From the NCBI RefSeq assembly GCF_006345805.1, contig NW_021835266.1, forward strand, positions 1-41,188: 41,188 nucleotides of DNA. The letters are read 5' to 3'. The stretch is from Octopus sinensis (lineage: Eukaryota). The notes under the pieces were generated by a model that made no database searches, was not told the DNA's origin, and saw only the letters and a program-made list of their open reading frames with translations. The translations under genes were made by a program, and so were the position numbers. Positions 12,456-24,974 of the stretch are shown in pieces. Positions within the stretch are counted from its first letter, which is position 1; each line of letters opens with the position of its first letter.

Positions 12456-12660
12456 GTATTCGTGTGCCTATTTGTCGCTCCACCATGTCTTGACAACCGA
12501 TGTTGGTATGTTCACGTCCCTGTAACTTAGCGGTTTGGCAAAAAAGGCCGGTAGAATAAGTAGTAGGCTTACAAAGTCCCGCGGTCGATATATTCGACTA
12601 ACACCCTTTAAAGCACCGCTTCAGCATGGCCACACTCAAATGATTGAAACAAGTAAAATA
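12258..12660 (+). mobile_element. CORE-type SINE family B, near full length
   Basis: tRNA-like head GGCGCAGGCGTGGCTGTG...GGTTCAGTCCC, the CORE-like CCTTGGGCAAGT (compare the MIR core CCTTGGGCAAGTCAC), an internal (TA)n and the 3' body. Confidence 0.88.
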
Positions 12661-12678
12661 ACACAGAAAATATATGTT

Positions 12679-12726
<48 letters not shown>

Positions 12727-12748
12727 CATGCATACATACACACGCACG

Positions 12749-12781
<33 letters not shown>

Positions 12782-13433
12782 GCGTGTGTGTGTGTGTATG
12801 AGCATAAGTTTTTGTGTGCGTGTATGAATAAGTTTATTATGGAGTGTTTATATTTGTGTGCGTGCGTATGGGTCGATATACACATATGCTTATATCTACT
12901 CATACGTACGTATCTAGTCATCACATCGTAGTATACACATGAATGCAGGCAGCATAACAATACTAACACACTACAATACTAAAGCAGTATTCCATAACCA
13001 AAATTGATTCAATATATTTATACAAGATCAATATGTTTTGAATATAATTAGATTAGAGATTAGTTTAGCATAGCATTATGATTTATACCCTTAAGCTATA
13101 TTAAAACCTATTGAATTCCATAATTTATATTTGGAACAAATGCTATATTTATTTAACAAATATTTCTTACATATTCTGCTATGTCGATTTGTAAGAAATA
13201 GAATCGGACAACTTTCTATATTTCTACCAAAATACTCTAACATATTGATGTATAGATTTCATTATGTGCTGAGTGTATAGTGCTGTCTGAGCTGTTAGAG
13301 CCCAGGTGAAATTAAATTACCATCTACTTGCTTAATAAATAATAATTATTATTTCTGTTAGAGGTACGGCCTGAAATGTTTTGGGGGAAGTGTTTAGTCG
13401 AGTACATCGAACTCCAAATATTACTGGTACACT

Positions 13434-13435
<2 letters not shown>

Positions 13436-13491
<56 letters not shown>

Positions 13492-13844
13492 CATTGTGTA
13501 TAGTGCTCAGGTGCACTACAACTCATCTAAAGTGTATGTATAGTACATAGGGTAATGTACAAGCGTCAGGAAAAGAACAGTGCATGAGTCATGACATACA
13601 CATATGTGTATGAGTATGGAAGGGGGACAATCAGGTGTAGTTTCGGCGGATTTCGGAAAGCATGAGGGCCTTAAAGGGTGCAGTGTCATGGTAGTCAACA
13701 ACTGACGCAGGCAGTTTGTTCCATGCTTCAGCAACTCTGAGCGTGAAAAAATGTTTCCGAAAGTCATGGGAGCTGTGCTATTTTCTGACTTTGTTGGAAT
13801 GTCCACGTGTGTTGGACACATGGAGATCAAAAAGGTGTTCAGTG
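13436..13844 (-). mobile_element. CR1-clade LINE 3' end (ORF2 C-terminus, 3' UTR and (ATT)n tail)
   Basis: The minus strand encodes SNTRGHSNKVRK*HSSHDFRKHFFTLRVAEAWNKLPASVV...FKALML, the typical CR1 TRGH...RK.FF..RV...WN.LP C-terminus. It is followed by an ATT-repeat tail. Confidence 0.8.
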
Positions 13845-13859
13845 TTGTTGTTGGTGAGG

Positions 13860-14490
13860 TGGTTGATAACTTATCGATTCTGAAAGGATGAAGGGAGAAT
13901 AGGGCATCAATAGAGTTTGAACTCAGAACGCAAAGAACCGTGAAAATGTCGCTAACGATTCTGCCTTTATCTTTAATGTTTCTTACTACTGAAGGCTTGA
14001 GGCCTGAAAATTGAAGGATGTGGCTGGGCGATTCTAACTACCCCAATGTTTTAGGATGAAACACTAAGTAATCCTCGTTGGAATTGAAACTCTGTCGCCA
14101 ACGTAATAATGATTTTAAATTTTGGTAGAAGGCCAGTATTTTCGAAGATGGGATAAGTTGATTATATCGACCCTATAGCTCAAATGGAACCTAATTCATC
14201 GACCCCGAAATGGATGAAAGGCAGAGTCGGTCTCGGTAGAATTTGAACTCAAAACGTAAAGACGGACGAAATGCGGCGAAGCATTTCATTCGGTGTGTTA
14301 ACGGTTCTGCCGGGTGCCGCTTTATATTCGCCACGTTGACAATAGTCTCAAATTTTTACACAAGGCCAGTAGATTCGTGAAGTGCGTGGGTAAGTCGATT
14401 ACATTGATCCCAGGGCTCAATTAGTAACTGTTTTATCGCCTCCGATATCCTGAATGGCAATGTTGACCTCGATTGCATTCGAACTCAGCA
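13860..14490 (-). mobile_element. Cluster of three older, diverged SINE family A fragments
   Basis: Degenerate TCGACCCCGAAA.GGATGAAAGGC...GAATTTGAACTC blocks at ~13870, ~14190 and ~14435. Confidence 0.7.
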
Positions 14491-15109
14491 CACACCTTAA
14501 TAATGAAAATAATTGTAATAGCTATGATTCCTAATACAAGTTTGACAAAAGTTTGCTTACTAAGAGAAGGTATAATCGATAACATTCTAGCCCCACTAAT
14601 TTCGATTAACAATGCTGGCACAGTATCGATCCCAATTATGAAAAAAAAATGTGAAATACACTTTTCATAGTGAGATATTAATTCAGATCTTTGACGCCAA
14701 CAAAATTTAAATAAATATTCCGAAATATCGAAATATTTTGACCAGTTGTTCTTCAAATTCTGTCGTTCCACCAGCAATTTTTTTCTACTTTCCAATCCAT
14801 CATTTCATTGTGAACGAAAACTCAACACCACAAAATACCGACAGACTCTCCTCCCGTTACAAACCCCCCGACAGAAACAAAACTAATTTTTCATTTTTCC
14901 AGTTCCTTCTCCTAATTTTTCCTTCCAATTTCCATTCATAACTTTATTAATTGTTACTTCGACTGAAAGAAAACTGCAGAGAAATTTCTCAGCAAAATAA
15001 AGCTAATTCTCCGATTCAATAAATACCAAAATACCATGTCCATATAGGTGTTTCGCGGTTCACTGGCTTTTACCACATTTTCGTGTTATATCATTTCAGC
15101 ATCAGCGTC

Positions 15110-15818
15110 ATTACCTCTTGCTGCTACCACTATTGATGCTGCTGCTGCTACTACTACTACTACTACTACTACAACTACATACTACTACCACCACCATCAC
15201 CACCACCACCACCACTACTACAACTATTACTACCACTATCAACATCAGCATCAACGTCAACATCACCCACACTCTTCACCATCATCATCATCATCCCCTT
15301 CACTTTCTTCCTCTTCATGCCGCTTCATCTCCCTCATCGTAATCATCATCATCATCGTCATCGTCAACATGATGGCTGTCCCTTTCGTTGTCGTCGTTGT
15401 CCTCTTCATAAACCAGCTCCCCGTCCTCATTTTCTTTCTCCTCCTCCTCTTCCTCGTCGTCATTGTCGCCACCAGCATCACCATCATCACCATCATCATC
15501 ATCATCACCATTATAAGTATTGTTATTGTCATTGTTATTATTATTATTATTATCATTATTTTTGTTGCTGTTGTTGCTTTATCATCTTTAGTATTATTTT
15601 TACATTTATTATCATCATTAAAACTGGCGATATTGTTGATGTTCTTGTTCTTGATGTTGTTGTTACAGTGTATATATTCAGCCGAGGAAATCAAGCGTAC
15701 CAATCATGTAATTTCTTCTTCTGTTTTTATTGGCTGATTCCCACAAGTTGTTTGGTAGAATTCCAACGACGAACATCGCACCATAACAACTATAGAAACA
15801 AGATCGCCATTAACAGCC

Positions 15819-15857
<39 letters not shown>

Positions 15858-15963
15858 TAATAATAATAATAATAATAATGATGATGATAATACATTTAAT
15901 ATTAATAATAATAATAATGATACATTTAATATTAATAATAAATAATAATAATAAATAATAATA

Positions 15964-16005
<42 letters not shown>

Positions 16006-16013
16006 TAATAAGG

Positions 16014-16062
<49 letters not shown>

Positions 16063-16195
16063 ATTTAATATTATTAATAATAATAATAATAATAATATAA
16101 TAATAATAATAATAATAATAGTGATAATAACAATGATATTAAATGTAATATTAATAATAAAAATAAATGTAATAATAATAATAATAATGATAAAT

Positions 16196-16244
<49 letters not shown>

Positions 16245-16660
16245 TGATGATGATGATGATGATGAGAATGAGAATAACAGAATCACCAACCCCTTCACCG
16301 CCGTCATGAACTGCTGGCCTTCAAAACGACAAAACTCTTCCATCCTTAAACAAAATACCACCTCAAGAATGAGAAGCAGTGAAATGTATTTGAATAAATA
16401 TAGAAACAAAACAACAGCCGTAAGAAGAACAAATGCTAACTGCAGTTTCAGAGAAAGAAAGCCCAAAGGAAAAAGAAAAAGAAAAAGAAAAAGAAAAGAA
16501 TTCTTTAGTATAATGAACAAGCGTTTCAAAAAAAAGCCCACAATCAATAAAGCTAAAACTATCATCCCCCTATCACCGTCACCATCACCACCATCGCTAC
16601 TACTACTACTACAACTACTGCTACCACCAATAATAATAATAATAATAATAATAATAATCC
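15110..16660. repeat. Trinucleotide microsatellite complex: (GCT/ACT/ACC/ATC)n and long interrupted (AAT)n
   Basis: Directly visible. It produces homopolymeric ORFs in all frames. Confidence 0.95.
15701..15789 (-). CDS. Candidate exon of an unidentified gene (89 nt)
   Basis: Acceptor GATCTTGTTTCTATAG and donor TTG|GTACGC bound a unique island between microsatellites. Only one frame is open: CYGAMFVVGILPNNLWESANKNRRRNYMI. Confidence 0.33.
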
Positions 16661-16669
16661 TGTCTACTA

Positions 16670-17045
16670 TAGACCAGAAATGTTTGAGAGTAGAGGGCTA
16701 GTCGTTTAGATCGACCCCTGTACGCAACTGGTACTTAATTTATCGACCCCGAAGAGATGAAAGGCAAAGTCGACCTCGGCGGAATTTGAATTCAGAACGT
16801 AAAGACAGCCGAAATGCGGCTAAGCATAATAATGATAATAATAATAATAATAAGGGTTATGATTTTAAATTTTGGCACAAGGCCAGCTAGTTCGGTGGAG
16901 GGGTTAAATCGACTGGTACTTATCCACCTCGAAAGGATGGGAGGTATAGTCGGCCCTGGCGGAATTTGAACTCTGAACGTAAGGACGTTCGAAATGCTAC
17001 TAAGTATTTTCTCCGGCGCCCAAATGATTCTGCCAGTGACAGCCT
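16670..17045 (-). mobile_element. Two adjacent diverged SINE family A copies
   Basis: Body and box B blocks at 16700-16830 and 16860-17045. The second has the alternative tail ...GGCCTTGTGCCAAAATTTAAAATC(ATT). Confidence 0.75.
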
Positions 17046-17092
17046 TCAAAAATAATAATAATAATAATAGTGGTAATAATAGCTTGTTAATA

Positions 17093-17935
17093 ATGATTCA
17101 GTGCGATCATGAAATAGAGAATAGGAAGCCAGACATAGTCTTAATTGGGAATGTGTGGTAAGTAGCTTGCTAACCAACCACATGGTTCCGGGTTCAGTCC
17201 CACTGCGTGGCATCTTGGGCAAGTGTCTTCTGCTATAGCCCCGGGCCGACCAATGCCTTGTGAGTGGATTTGGTAGACGGAAACTGAAAGAAGCCCGTGG
17301 TATGTATGTATATATATACATGTATTTGTGTGTGTGTGTGTGTTTGTGTGTCTGTGTTTGTCTTCCCAACATTGCTTGACAACCGATGCTGGTGTGTTTA
17401 CGTCCCCGTCACTTAGCAGTTCGGCAAAAGAGACCTATAGAATAAGTACTGGGCTTACAAAAGAATAAGTCCCGGGGTCGATTTGCTCGACTAAAGACGG
17501 TCCTCCAGCATGGCCGCAGTCAAATGACTGAAACAAGTAAAAGAGTAAAGAGAGTAAAAGAGTATGCTGGATCATAGATATAGCATGCCCAGCTGACAAC
17601 AAGGTATGCGATAAGGAAGAAAAAAAGTCAAGGGATATGACAGGTTAGCTTGGGAAGTTAAGCAGTTGTGGTCGATGAAAAAGGTAGCAGCAGTACCAAT
17701 AATTGTCGGAGCCCTGGGAACAGTGAGAAAAAATCTTGAGAAGTACGTGGAACAAATAGGGGCTGCAATAAGGGTGGAGCACTTGCAGAAAACAGAACTA
17801 CTTGGAATCGCTCGAACACGCTGTAAGGTGCTCGAAAATTAAGAGGTGATACCTTAGTTCACTGATAGTGAATATCTGACACTGTAGTACATTTCCAGCG
17901 TTAGAAGCTGTGCAAAGGCAATGATAATGATAATA
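17093..17935 (+). mobile_element. R4/Dong-like non-LTR retrotransposon 3' fragment (RLE domain), interrupted by a SINE
   Basis: IQCDHEIENRKPDIVLI is followed, after the SINE insertion, by CWIIDIACPADNKVCDKEEK/YDRLAWEVKQLWSMKKVAAVPIIVGALG...LEN*. This is a PD..D restriction-like endonuclease with one frameshift. TAA repeats flank both ends. Confidence 0.8.
17152..17562 (+). mobile_element. CORE-type SINE family B nested in the RLE fragment
   Basis: It begins at TGTGTGGTAAGTAGC and ends in the (AAAAGAGT)n tail. Confidence 0.92.
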
Positions 17936-18179
17936 ATTATAATTAATAATATTCTCAGGATCGGATACCGTTCATTTTGATATTGCGATAAGTTAAAATG
18001 GCTTACAATGTGGGGAAAAATATGGTTAGATAAATCATTTCATTTTTATGAATAATATAAAGAATTATGCGGAAAATGAGAAGCATCTTGAAAGTCTTGT
18101 ACATACTGTTCGCATTTTTTCAAATGATCTACCTATAGAATTTGGGATCTAAAAGTGCGCTATTTTGAAAATTAAACGA

Positions 18180-18645
18180 GAAAGATTTCGAGGAATTTGG
18201 AATTGAAATGCAAAATGTCAAACAATGAAAGCTGTTGAGAAAAGACAGTGGTATAAGCATTTGGAGATAAAAGAGGTAGATGAAATAAATGATGAAAAGA
18301 TAAAACAAATTACCAGTAGAGAGTATACAAGGAAAGTGAGAAAAATATGACAGTCAAAGCCGAATTAAAAACAAAAAAAAGGGTTATTGAAGCAATAAAT
18401 GTAGAGGAGAGATAATCAGAAATGAAATTGTTGATTGGTTGAAAAAAGACATAGAGAAACTGGACTGAAAAAGTAGAAAGTTTTTGACCGATACCAGCCG
18501 GTTGTAGATGAGGAGAAACCAGAGCGGAAGGGGCTTAATTGCTGTAGGAGAGTGTGTACAGAGGGAACGAAAAAGTATGCTAGAATATTTACAGAACAAC
18601 ACAGATAAATTACTAAAGACTGTGAATAAGGAACAGGTGATCAAA
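18180..18645 (+). mobile_element. Decayed RT C-terminal region of an R4/Dong-like element
   Basis: WYKHLEIKEVDEINDEKIKQITSREYTRKVRKI, IVDWLKKDIEKLD*KSRK and RL*MRRNQSGRGLIAVGECV are collinear with the YKYLG..., IVDWT.EEL..LDRKTRK and RLY.PR..GGRGL motifs. Confidence 0.7.
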
Positions 18646-18831
18646 TGTGGGGGAAGGTATTAAGTCGATTATATCGACCCCAGTGCAAAATTGGTACTTA
18701 TTTAATCGACCTCGAAAGGATGAAAGGCAAAGTCGATCTAGATGGAATTTGAACTCGGAACGAAGCGACGGGCGAAGTGCCACTAAGCATTTTTTCCCCG
18801 GTGTGTTAACGATTCTGCCAGCTCGCTTCCC
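18646..18831 (-). mobile_element. SINE family A monomer
   Basis: Head and body are homologous to the other copies. Confidence 0.85.
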
Positions 18832-18834
18832 TAT

Positions 18835-18904
18835 TAATAATAACAATAATAATAATAATAACAACAACAACAACAACAACAACAATAATAATAATAATAA
18901 TAAT

Positions 18905-18943
<39 letters not shown>

Positions 18944-19009
18944 AATAATAATAATAATAATAATAACAATAATAATAATAACAATAATAATAATAATAAT
19001 AATAATAAT
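18835..19009. repeat. (AAT)n/(AAC)n microsatellite
   Basis: Directly visible. Confidence 0.97.
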
Positions 19010-19673
19010 TAGCCATGTTTATAATATCGGGTCTGGTGAATTTGTGGCACCGTAATAATTGTGAATATGATCTTGATGGAGATGATGATGATGATGATGA
19101 TATTGATGCTATGAATTTTATAGATAAATAAAACAAAAAATAGCAACCAGCCTCTACTTCAACCAGTGAGAGGTTGCTTTGTATGTTTTTTTTGTTTTTT
19201 CTTCTGCCATAATGTAATCTCAAGCCCAAAAGTTAGTGACTGTGCAAAAAGTAACGACAACACTGTTTGAACAATTTATCTTTTAGTTCGAAAATCGTCA
19301 GTCAGGCATAAAGGCCAAATCTCGTGTCGATCTAGCATGTCAAGAACGAGGCTAATGAACGATGTTAATGATAATATTGATTTTTTTGGCATTAACCCAA
19401 TGTGGGAAAGAATGCTGTCGTTTTTGATCGATGAGCAGGAAAAACACAAACAAAAACAAAACGTGTGTGTTTCGTATGAAACCAAAACAACGCAAATAAA
19501 GATATTGTTCCCGATTTCCGATAAAACGTTTAGATATTTGATGTTTCATGGCTCATATGGGTTGTTTCTTCATTAGGTTCAGGGAAAGGATAAAATATTT
19601 ACGTTTAGTAAGATTCATGTTAATGTCTAGACAGTTGCCTATTTTAAGGTTGGTATTAGCAGCGATACTGCGA

Positions 19674-20264
19674 AAGGCGGCGAGTTGGCAGAAACGTTAG
19701 CACGCTGGGCGAAATGCGTAGCCGTATTTCGTCTGTCGCTGCGTTCTGAGTTCAAATTCCGCCTAGATCGACTTTGCCTTTCATCCTTTCGGGGTCGATT
19801 AAACAAGTACCAGTTACGCACTGGGGTCGATGTAATCGGCTTAATCCGTTTGTCTGTCCTTGTTTGTCCTCTCTGTGTTTAGCCCCTTGTGGGTAGTAAA
19901 GAAATACGTATTTCGTCTGTCGCTACGTTCTGAGTTCAAATTCCGCTGAGGTCGACTTTGCCTTTCATCCTTTCGGGGTCGATAAATTAAGTACCAGTTA
20001 CGCACTGGAGTCGATGTAATCGACTTAATCCGTTTGTCTGTCCTTGTTTAGCCCCTTGTGGGTAGTAAAGAAATAGGTATTTCGTCTGCTGTTACGTTCT
20101 GAGTTCAAATTCCGCCGAGGTCGACTTTGCCTTTCATCCTTTCGGGGTCGATTAAACAAGTACCAGTTACGCACTGGAGTCGATGTAATCGGCTTAATCC
20201 GTTTGTCCTGTCCATGTTTGTCCCCTCTGTGTTTAGCCCCTTGTGGGTAGTAAAGAAATAGGTA
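19674..20264 (+). mobile_element. SINE family A trimer with an intact head
   Basis: AAGGCGGCGAGTTGGCAGAAACGTTAG head followed by three body/tail units joined at AAATA(G/C)GTATTTCGTC. Confidence 0.92.
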
Positions 20265-20273
20265 GTGGCCATA

Positions 20274-20690
20274 GGCGCAGGAGTGGCTGTGTGGTAAGTA
20301 GCTTGCTAACCAACCACATGGTTCCGGGTTCAGTCCCACTGCGTGGCAACTTGGGCATGTGTCTTCTGCTATAGCCCCGGGCCGACCAATGCCTTGTGAG
20401 TGGATTTGGTAGACGGAAACTGAAAGAAGCCTGTCGTGTATATGTATATGTATATATATATGTATGTGTGTGTGTGTTTGTGTGTCTGTGTTTGTCCCCT
20501 TAGTATTGCTTGACAACCGATGCTGGTGTGTTTACGTCCCCGTCACTTAGCGGTTCGGCAAAAGAGACTGATAGAATAAGTACTGGGCTTACAAAGAATA
20601 AATCCCGGGGTCGATTTACTCGACTAAAGGCGGTGCTCCAGCATGGCCGCAGTCAAATGACTGAAACCAGTAAAAGAGTAAAAGAGTAAA
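20274..20690 (+). mobile_element. CORE-type SINE family B, full length
   Basis: GGCGCAGGAGTGGCTGTGTGGTAAG head, GGTTCAGTCCC box B-like, TTGGGCATGTGTC core, internal microsatellite and (AAAAGAGT)n tail. Confidence 0.93.
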
Positions 20691-21305
20691 CTAACACATT
20701 GATCCAATACGGACGATCAACGCTGTCAACGGCTGACTGTCCGCCAAACAGTTCGTTATTTTATTGTAATGCGTTAGTTTACTTTTGGTCACATGGGGGT
20801 AGTCAATCACCTTCTACCACAATAATGTACCTTCTTTACGATGGAATAAAAACAATTGTGAATTTTTAAGAAATGTAATAGTTCCAGAATATATTACCAT
20901 ATTTGATTATATCAACCACATACAACTACAGCATATACTGTCGCCTTGAACTTCCAGAACACTGCATGTGATTATTTTAGTTTTATATCTGAGTATGAGA
21001 CCGTAGAATCATCACAATCGACTCTGAAGATTCGTATACAAAACTATATAAATCCGGGAATGAATCATATCACTGAGAATATGCAAAATATAAATGAGAA
21101 TATTCATACGAATGTATAACAGTGCACATAGATACGCACATATATACACAAACACATACAATACGCATATACAAACGAGAGGACTTTGTGTGAGGATAAA
21201 TTCACGTTTATGCCAACCAATTCTAACAAACACTATTGAATATTCTTATACTAACTTACATTCAAAACAACTTGTATGGACCCTCAATGTCCACTGATTA
21301 CTCAC

Positions 21306-21369
21306 CCCGACACCCTTTTGGCTCCATAGAAATTTAGATATTGATGTTGCATTACGCTTGTTTCTGTTT
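21306..21369 (-). CDS. Candidate exon of an unidentified gene (64 nt)
   Basis: Acceptor GATTTTCTTCGTTTAG and a perfect donor GGG|GTGAGT. Two frames are open: TETSVMQHQYLNFYGAKRVS and NRNKRNATSISKFLWSQKGVG. Confidence 0.4.
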
Positions 21370-22759
21370 CTAAACGAAGAAAATCACTCTTTGAATCCGA
21401 GTAATCTGTATTCCAAAATGTATATTTGGTATAATATTTCCTATAATTAAATTTAAAACATTTGTTGAGTCACAACGGTATTTGTGAAACATGGTTTCCG
21501 ATTTTTGTAGTATACCAAGACAGAGAAAGTAATTTAAACGCCAAGCACGTCACGATTATTTTCCCTTACACATTCATGCAAACAACTACATTGATGACAT
21601 AAGCGGCTCGGGCTACCTGTGATTGTTTACTATACTCAACTGTCAAGAATGGCTGAATCATTTCTAATTTCAATTCTGGTTGAATAAATACAAGTGATGG
21701 TTTTCGTCAGCATGAAACCATGGGTTCCAGAAAATTTATGTAAATTATTATTGAGAATAAAAGATTTTTTATCAACTTTCCCTCAGTTGAGAACAATTTT
21801 GTACCTAACACACACACACACACCACACACACACACACATGAACACACGCACACACGTGTGTGTATATGTGTGTATCTATCTATATGTTTCTATCTATAT
21901 ATCTATCTGTATACAGACAAATATATAAAGTGGGAAAGACTTTGACGCTTATTCAGCTATTGATTTCTTATACTGGAACAAGTGTAGCCCAGATTTATGT
22001 TGTGATAATAGCGTTATCAATGTTAGCCAAACCGTTTATGTACTGAACTGTGGTTCATACATACAAGATATAAGTAGCCTTCGGGGGAAAAGTGACAGAA
22101 ATGTTCACGGTTCGCTGAATCAGAATCATAAAAACACCTTTTATCTCATTCAGAAGTAGCCATATCAACATTTGCGTCTACTGATACGACGAGTGTCTAT
22201 CATTAAGCATTAGTATTGTACCATATTAGTCCTGCTGTGAATGTATCTAAACAGCATTCTAGCAGTCATTTTTGACACTATTTCCCGAGGAAGTAATACA
22301 AAATAGCCATCATTGTTATCAATACTCTTTTGTGTTCGCTTCGTAGATATTAGAGCCAAACAGAAAGAAGATATTTGCTATAGAGTAACGTGATATCCAT
22401 GATCTGATTTACGTTCCCTGCTGCATTGTGTCCCCTTTTTATTTATCTATGCCGTTAATGCTTTGGGCAGCAGTCACAACTTTCCATTTATCGTCTCCAT
22501 AAAAGTTTATATGGCCGTGGTATAATTAGTGCCTGATGGCGTTAAGTAATTTTATATCTATAAGTGATTAAATGAACTGGCGGACAAAGAACAGGAAGAA
22601 CTGTAGAAGAGCGGAAAGGAATATGTTCCTGGTCATATTTATTCGAAGGTCATTTATATATGTTAATCTTTGCTGTCCAACAGCGACATTGTTTGTTAGT
22701 TATGGTGTATTCATGAGTCAATCACTAGTCCACTGGCGAGCGAGAGAGAGAGAGGCAGA

Positions 22760-22793
<34 letters not shown>

Positions 22794-22965
22794 AACAAAG
22801 AGAAAGAGAGACAAAAAGAGGGAGCGAGAGAGAGTTGTAGGTTTGTCGCCGATATTTACAACTTTTAGTGACACACATTTTTAATTCACACGTTTAAAAG
22901 CACACATAAAAGGAATCTCACACATGCGCATACACACATAAGCATATATATACGTTTTAAGACAT

Positions 22966-22999
<34 letters not shown>

Positions 23000-23017
23000 T
23001 TACGACATACACACACA

Positions 23018-23053
<36 letters not shown>

Positions 23054-23061
23054 TACGACAT

Positions 23062-23104
<43 letters not shown>

Positions 23105-23110
<6 letters not shown>

Positions 23111-23339
23111 TTACTACCCACAAGGGGCTAAACACAGAGGGGACAGACAACAAGGACAGACAAACGACTTAAGTCGATTACATCGACCCCAGTGCGTAAC
23201 TGGTACTTATTTAATCGACCCCAAAAGGATGAAAGGCAAAGTCGACCTCGGCGGAATTTGAACTCAGAACGTAACGGCAGACGAAATACCGCTCAGCATT
23301 TCGCCCGGCGTGCTACCAGTTCTGCCAGCTCACCGCCTT
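23105..23339 (-). mobile_element. SINE family A monomer
   Basis: Full head, body and tail, between (TA)n and (TACA)n microsatellites. Confidence 0.92.
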
Positions 23340-23366
23340 ATTTATATACATACATACATACATACA

Positions 23367-23431
<65 letters not shown>

Positions 23432-24974
23432 TTACATTCATACATACATATGCACACAGACCCCCAAATCCTCTATATATGTGTGTCCATGTTAATCAGA
23501 AGAGAAGGGTAGTGTCCGTAAACCTTTCTAAGGGACTCCAAGACCGATGAGAGGAAGGGAATTAACTTAAGCAAACACTACTTTTGAGCGGTGGTTTATT
23601 ATCCGTATTTACTCATAATATTCCATTCAGGACATTCTTCTTTTTAGATATTTTAGTGTAGACTTGTCTTCGCTATGAAGAAATTTTCATGGAAATGGAT
23701 AATTTAGACGCGGACGTATCTAATGGAATTATATTGGACGACAGCTTATCGTCAGTCAAATTTCATCGATAACGCGGTTTACTCTTCATACTTTAATCCC
23801 GATAAAGATTATCTAGATAATTTTTGAAAGAAAAGTTTTGTGCTTTGGTTAAATATTTTACTTCTATGAAAATTAGCATCGCTTCTAAATATACAGAGTC
23901 AGGGGTATTCAAACATTTCCTTTGCGATGACGCCATACTACTGAACTCCTGCGTAATTTCATGAAATAGATGTGAAAAGAAAGAAAATATTAAAGAACAT
24001 ATTTATATATCTAGGTTTGTTTAAATAGATGTCTAAATAGATAAAATGAATATTCGACAGAAATGTTTAATGATTATATCTTTTGTACATTTGTTAATAT
24101 TAAGAAGAGATTAACAGATTAAGACGACCGAGCGTTGGGGCACCCAGTTATTAGGAAACACACCGCTAAACAGGTACATATACGAGGCCAACGGGGAGTC
24201 ACAACTTCACTAACTGAACGCTCAACTGATACTAAGGCTAGTACTACTAACGTACCCTACGAAAAACACATCGAGAAATTTCTGAGACATGGAGCTCTGG
24301 GTAGGGCCAATATGGGCTAGCCCATAAAAAGACTCGACGTGATAGGAAAAAACTAGTACCACTTTTGATATCAGTGACCCCAAATTACACCAAAACAGGT
24401 GTCAAACTTAGGTTAGCAGCAAAAAGTTAGAACTTGTTGGTCAGCGTTATTGATGATTAAATTAACATCGGTCTCTCACTTTATCACATGATGAAGAAAT
24501 TTAGCGGTATTACTTCTAAGTAATACGCTCGGACGCATTCACAAACTTTATAATTAGCATTCATATGAGAACAAAAAACAAGTGCATACAAGGTTTTTCA
24601 AGATGAAACTGAATTTATTTCATCTAAGAAATACACATAATTTGTAGAGAAATGCAAATTTTGCACAAATACACTTTTTTTGCGTCCACACACAGACACA
24701 TAAGAAAAAAAATCAGCAAGAACGTTGGATGGAGTTCTCTTCTAATATTGTATGTCCCTAGTTTATCGACCATGAAGTTGAAACTGAAAAAGTATTTGGT
24801 AGGATTTGAACCAGAAGTGGATATAGCGAATTAGTGTAAGTCATTTACTGCGCCAATAGAGTTTTTCTGTTGGTTTCGTATTAATTCCTGGCATTTGTAC
24901 AAAGTCGCAATTGTTGAGAGCAATGATGTAGTCAATTCAATCGGTCGCAGAACATAAGACAGCTTATATTCTAT

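Noticed and set aside
15048-16701. Poly-His/Ile/Leu/Asn ORFs up to 229 aa
   Set aside because: They come from trinucleotide microsatellites, are open in several frames and on both strands, and show no domain.
19289-19576. ~95-codon plus-strand frame after a TTTTAG acceptor
   Set aside because: There is no recognisable domain, the opposite strand is also open, and ORFs of this length can arise by chance in 41 kb.
22150-22520. Possible second RTE RT relic on the minus strand
   Set aside because: Only faint motif traces (KRG...ITLL) are visible, too decayed to support.
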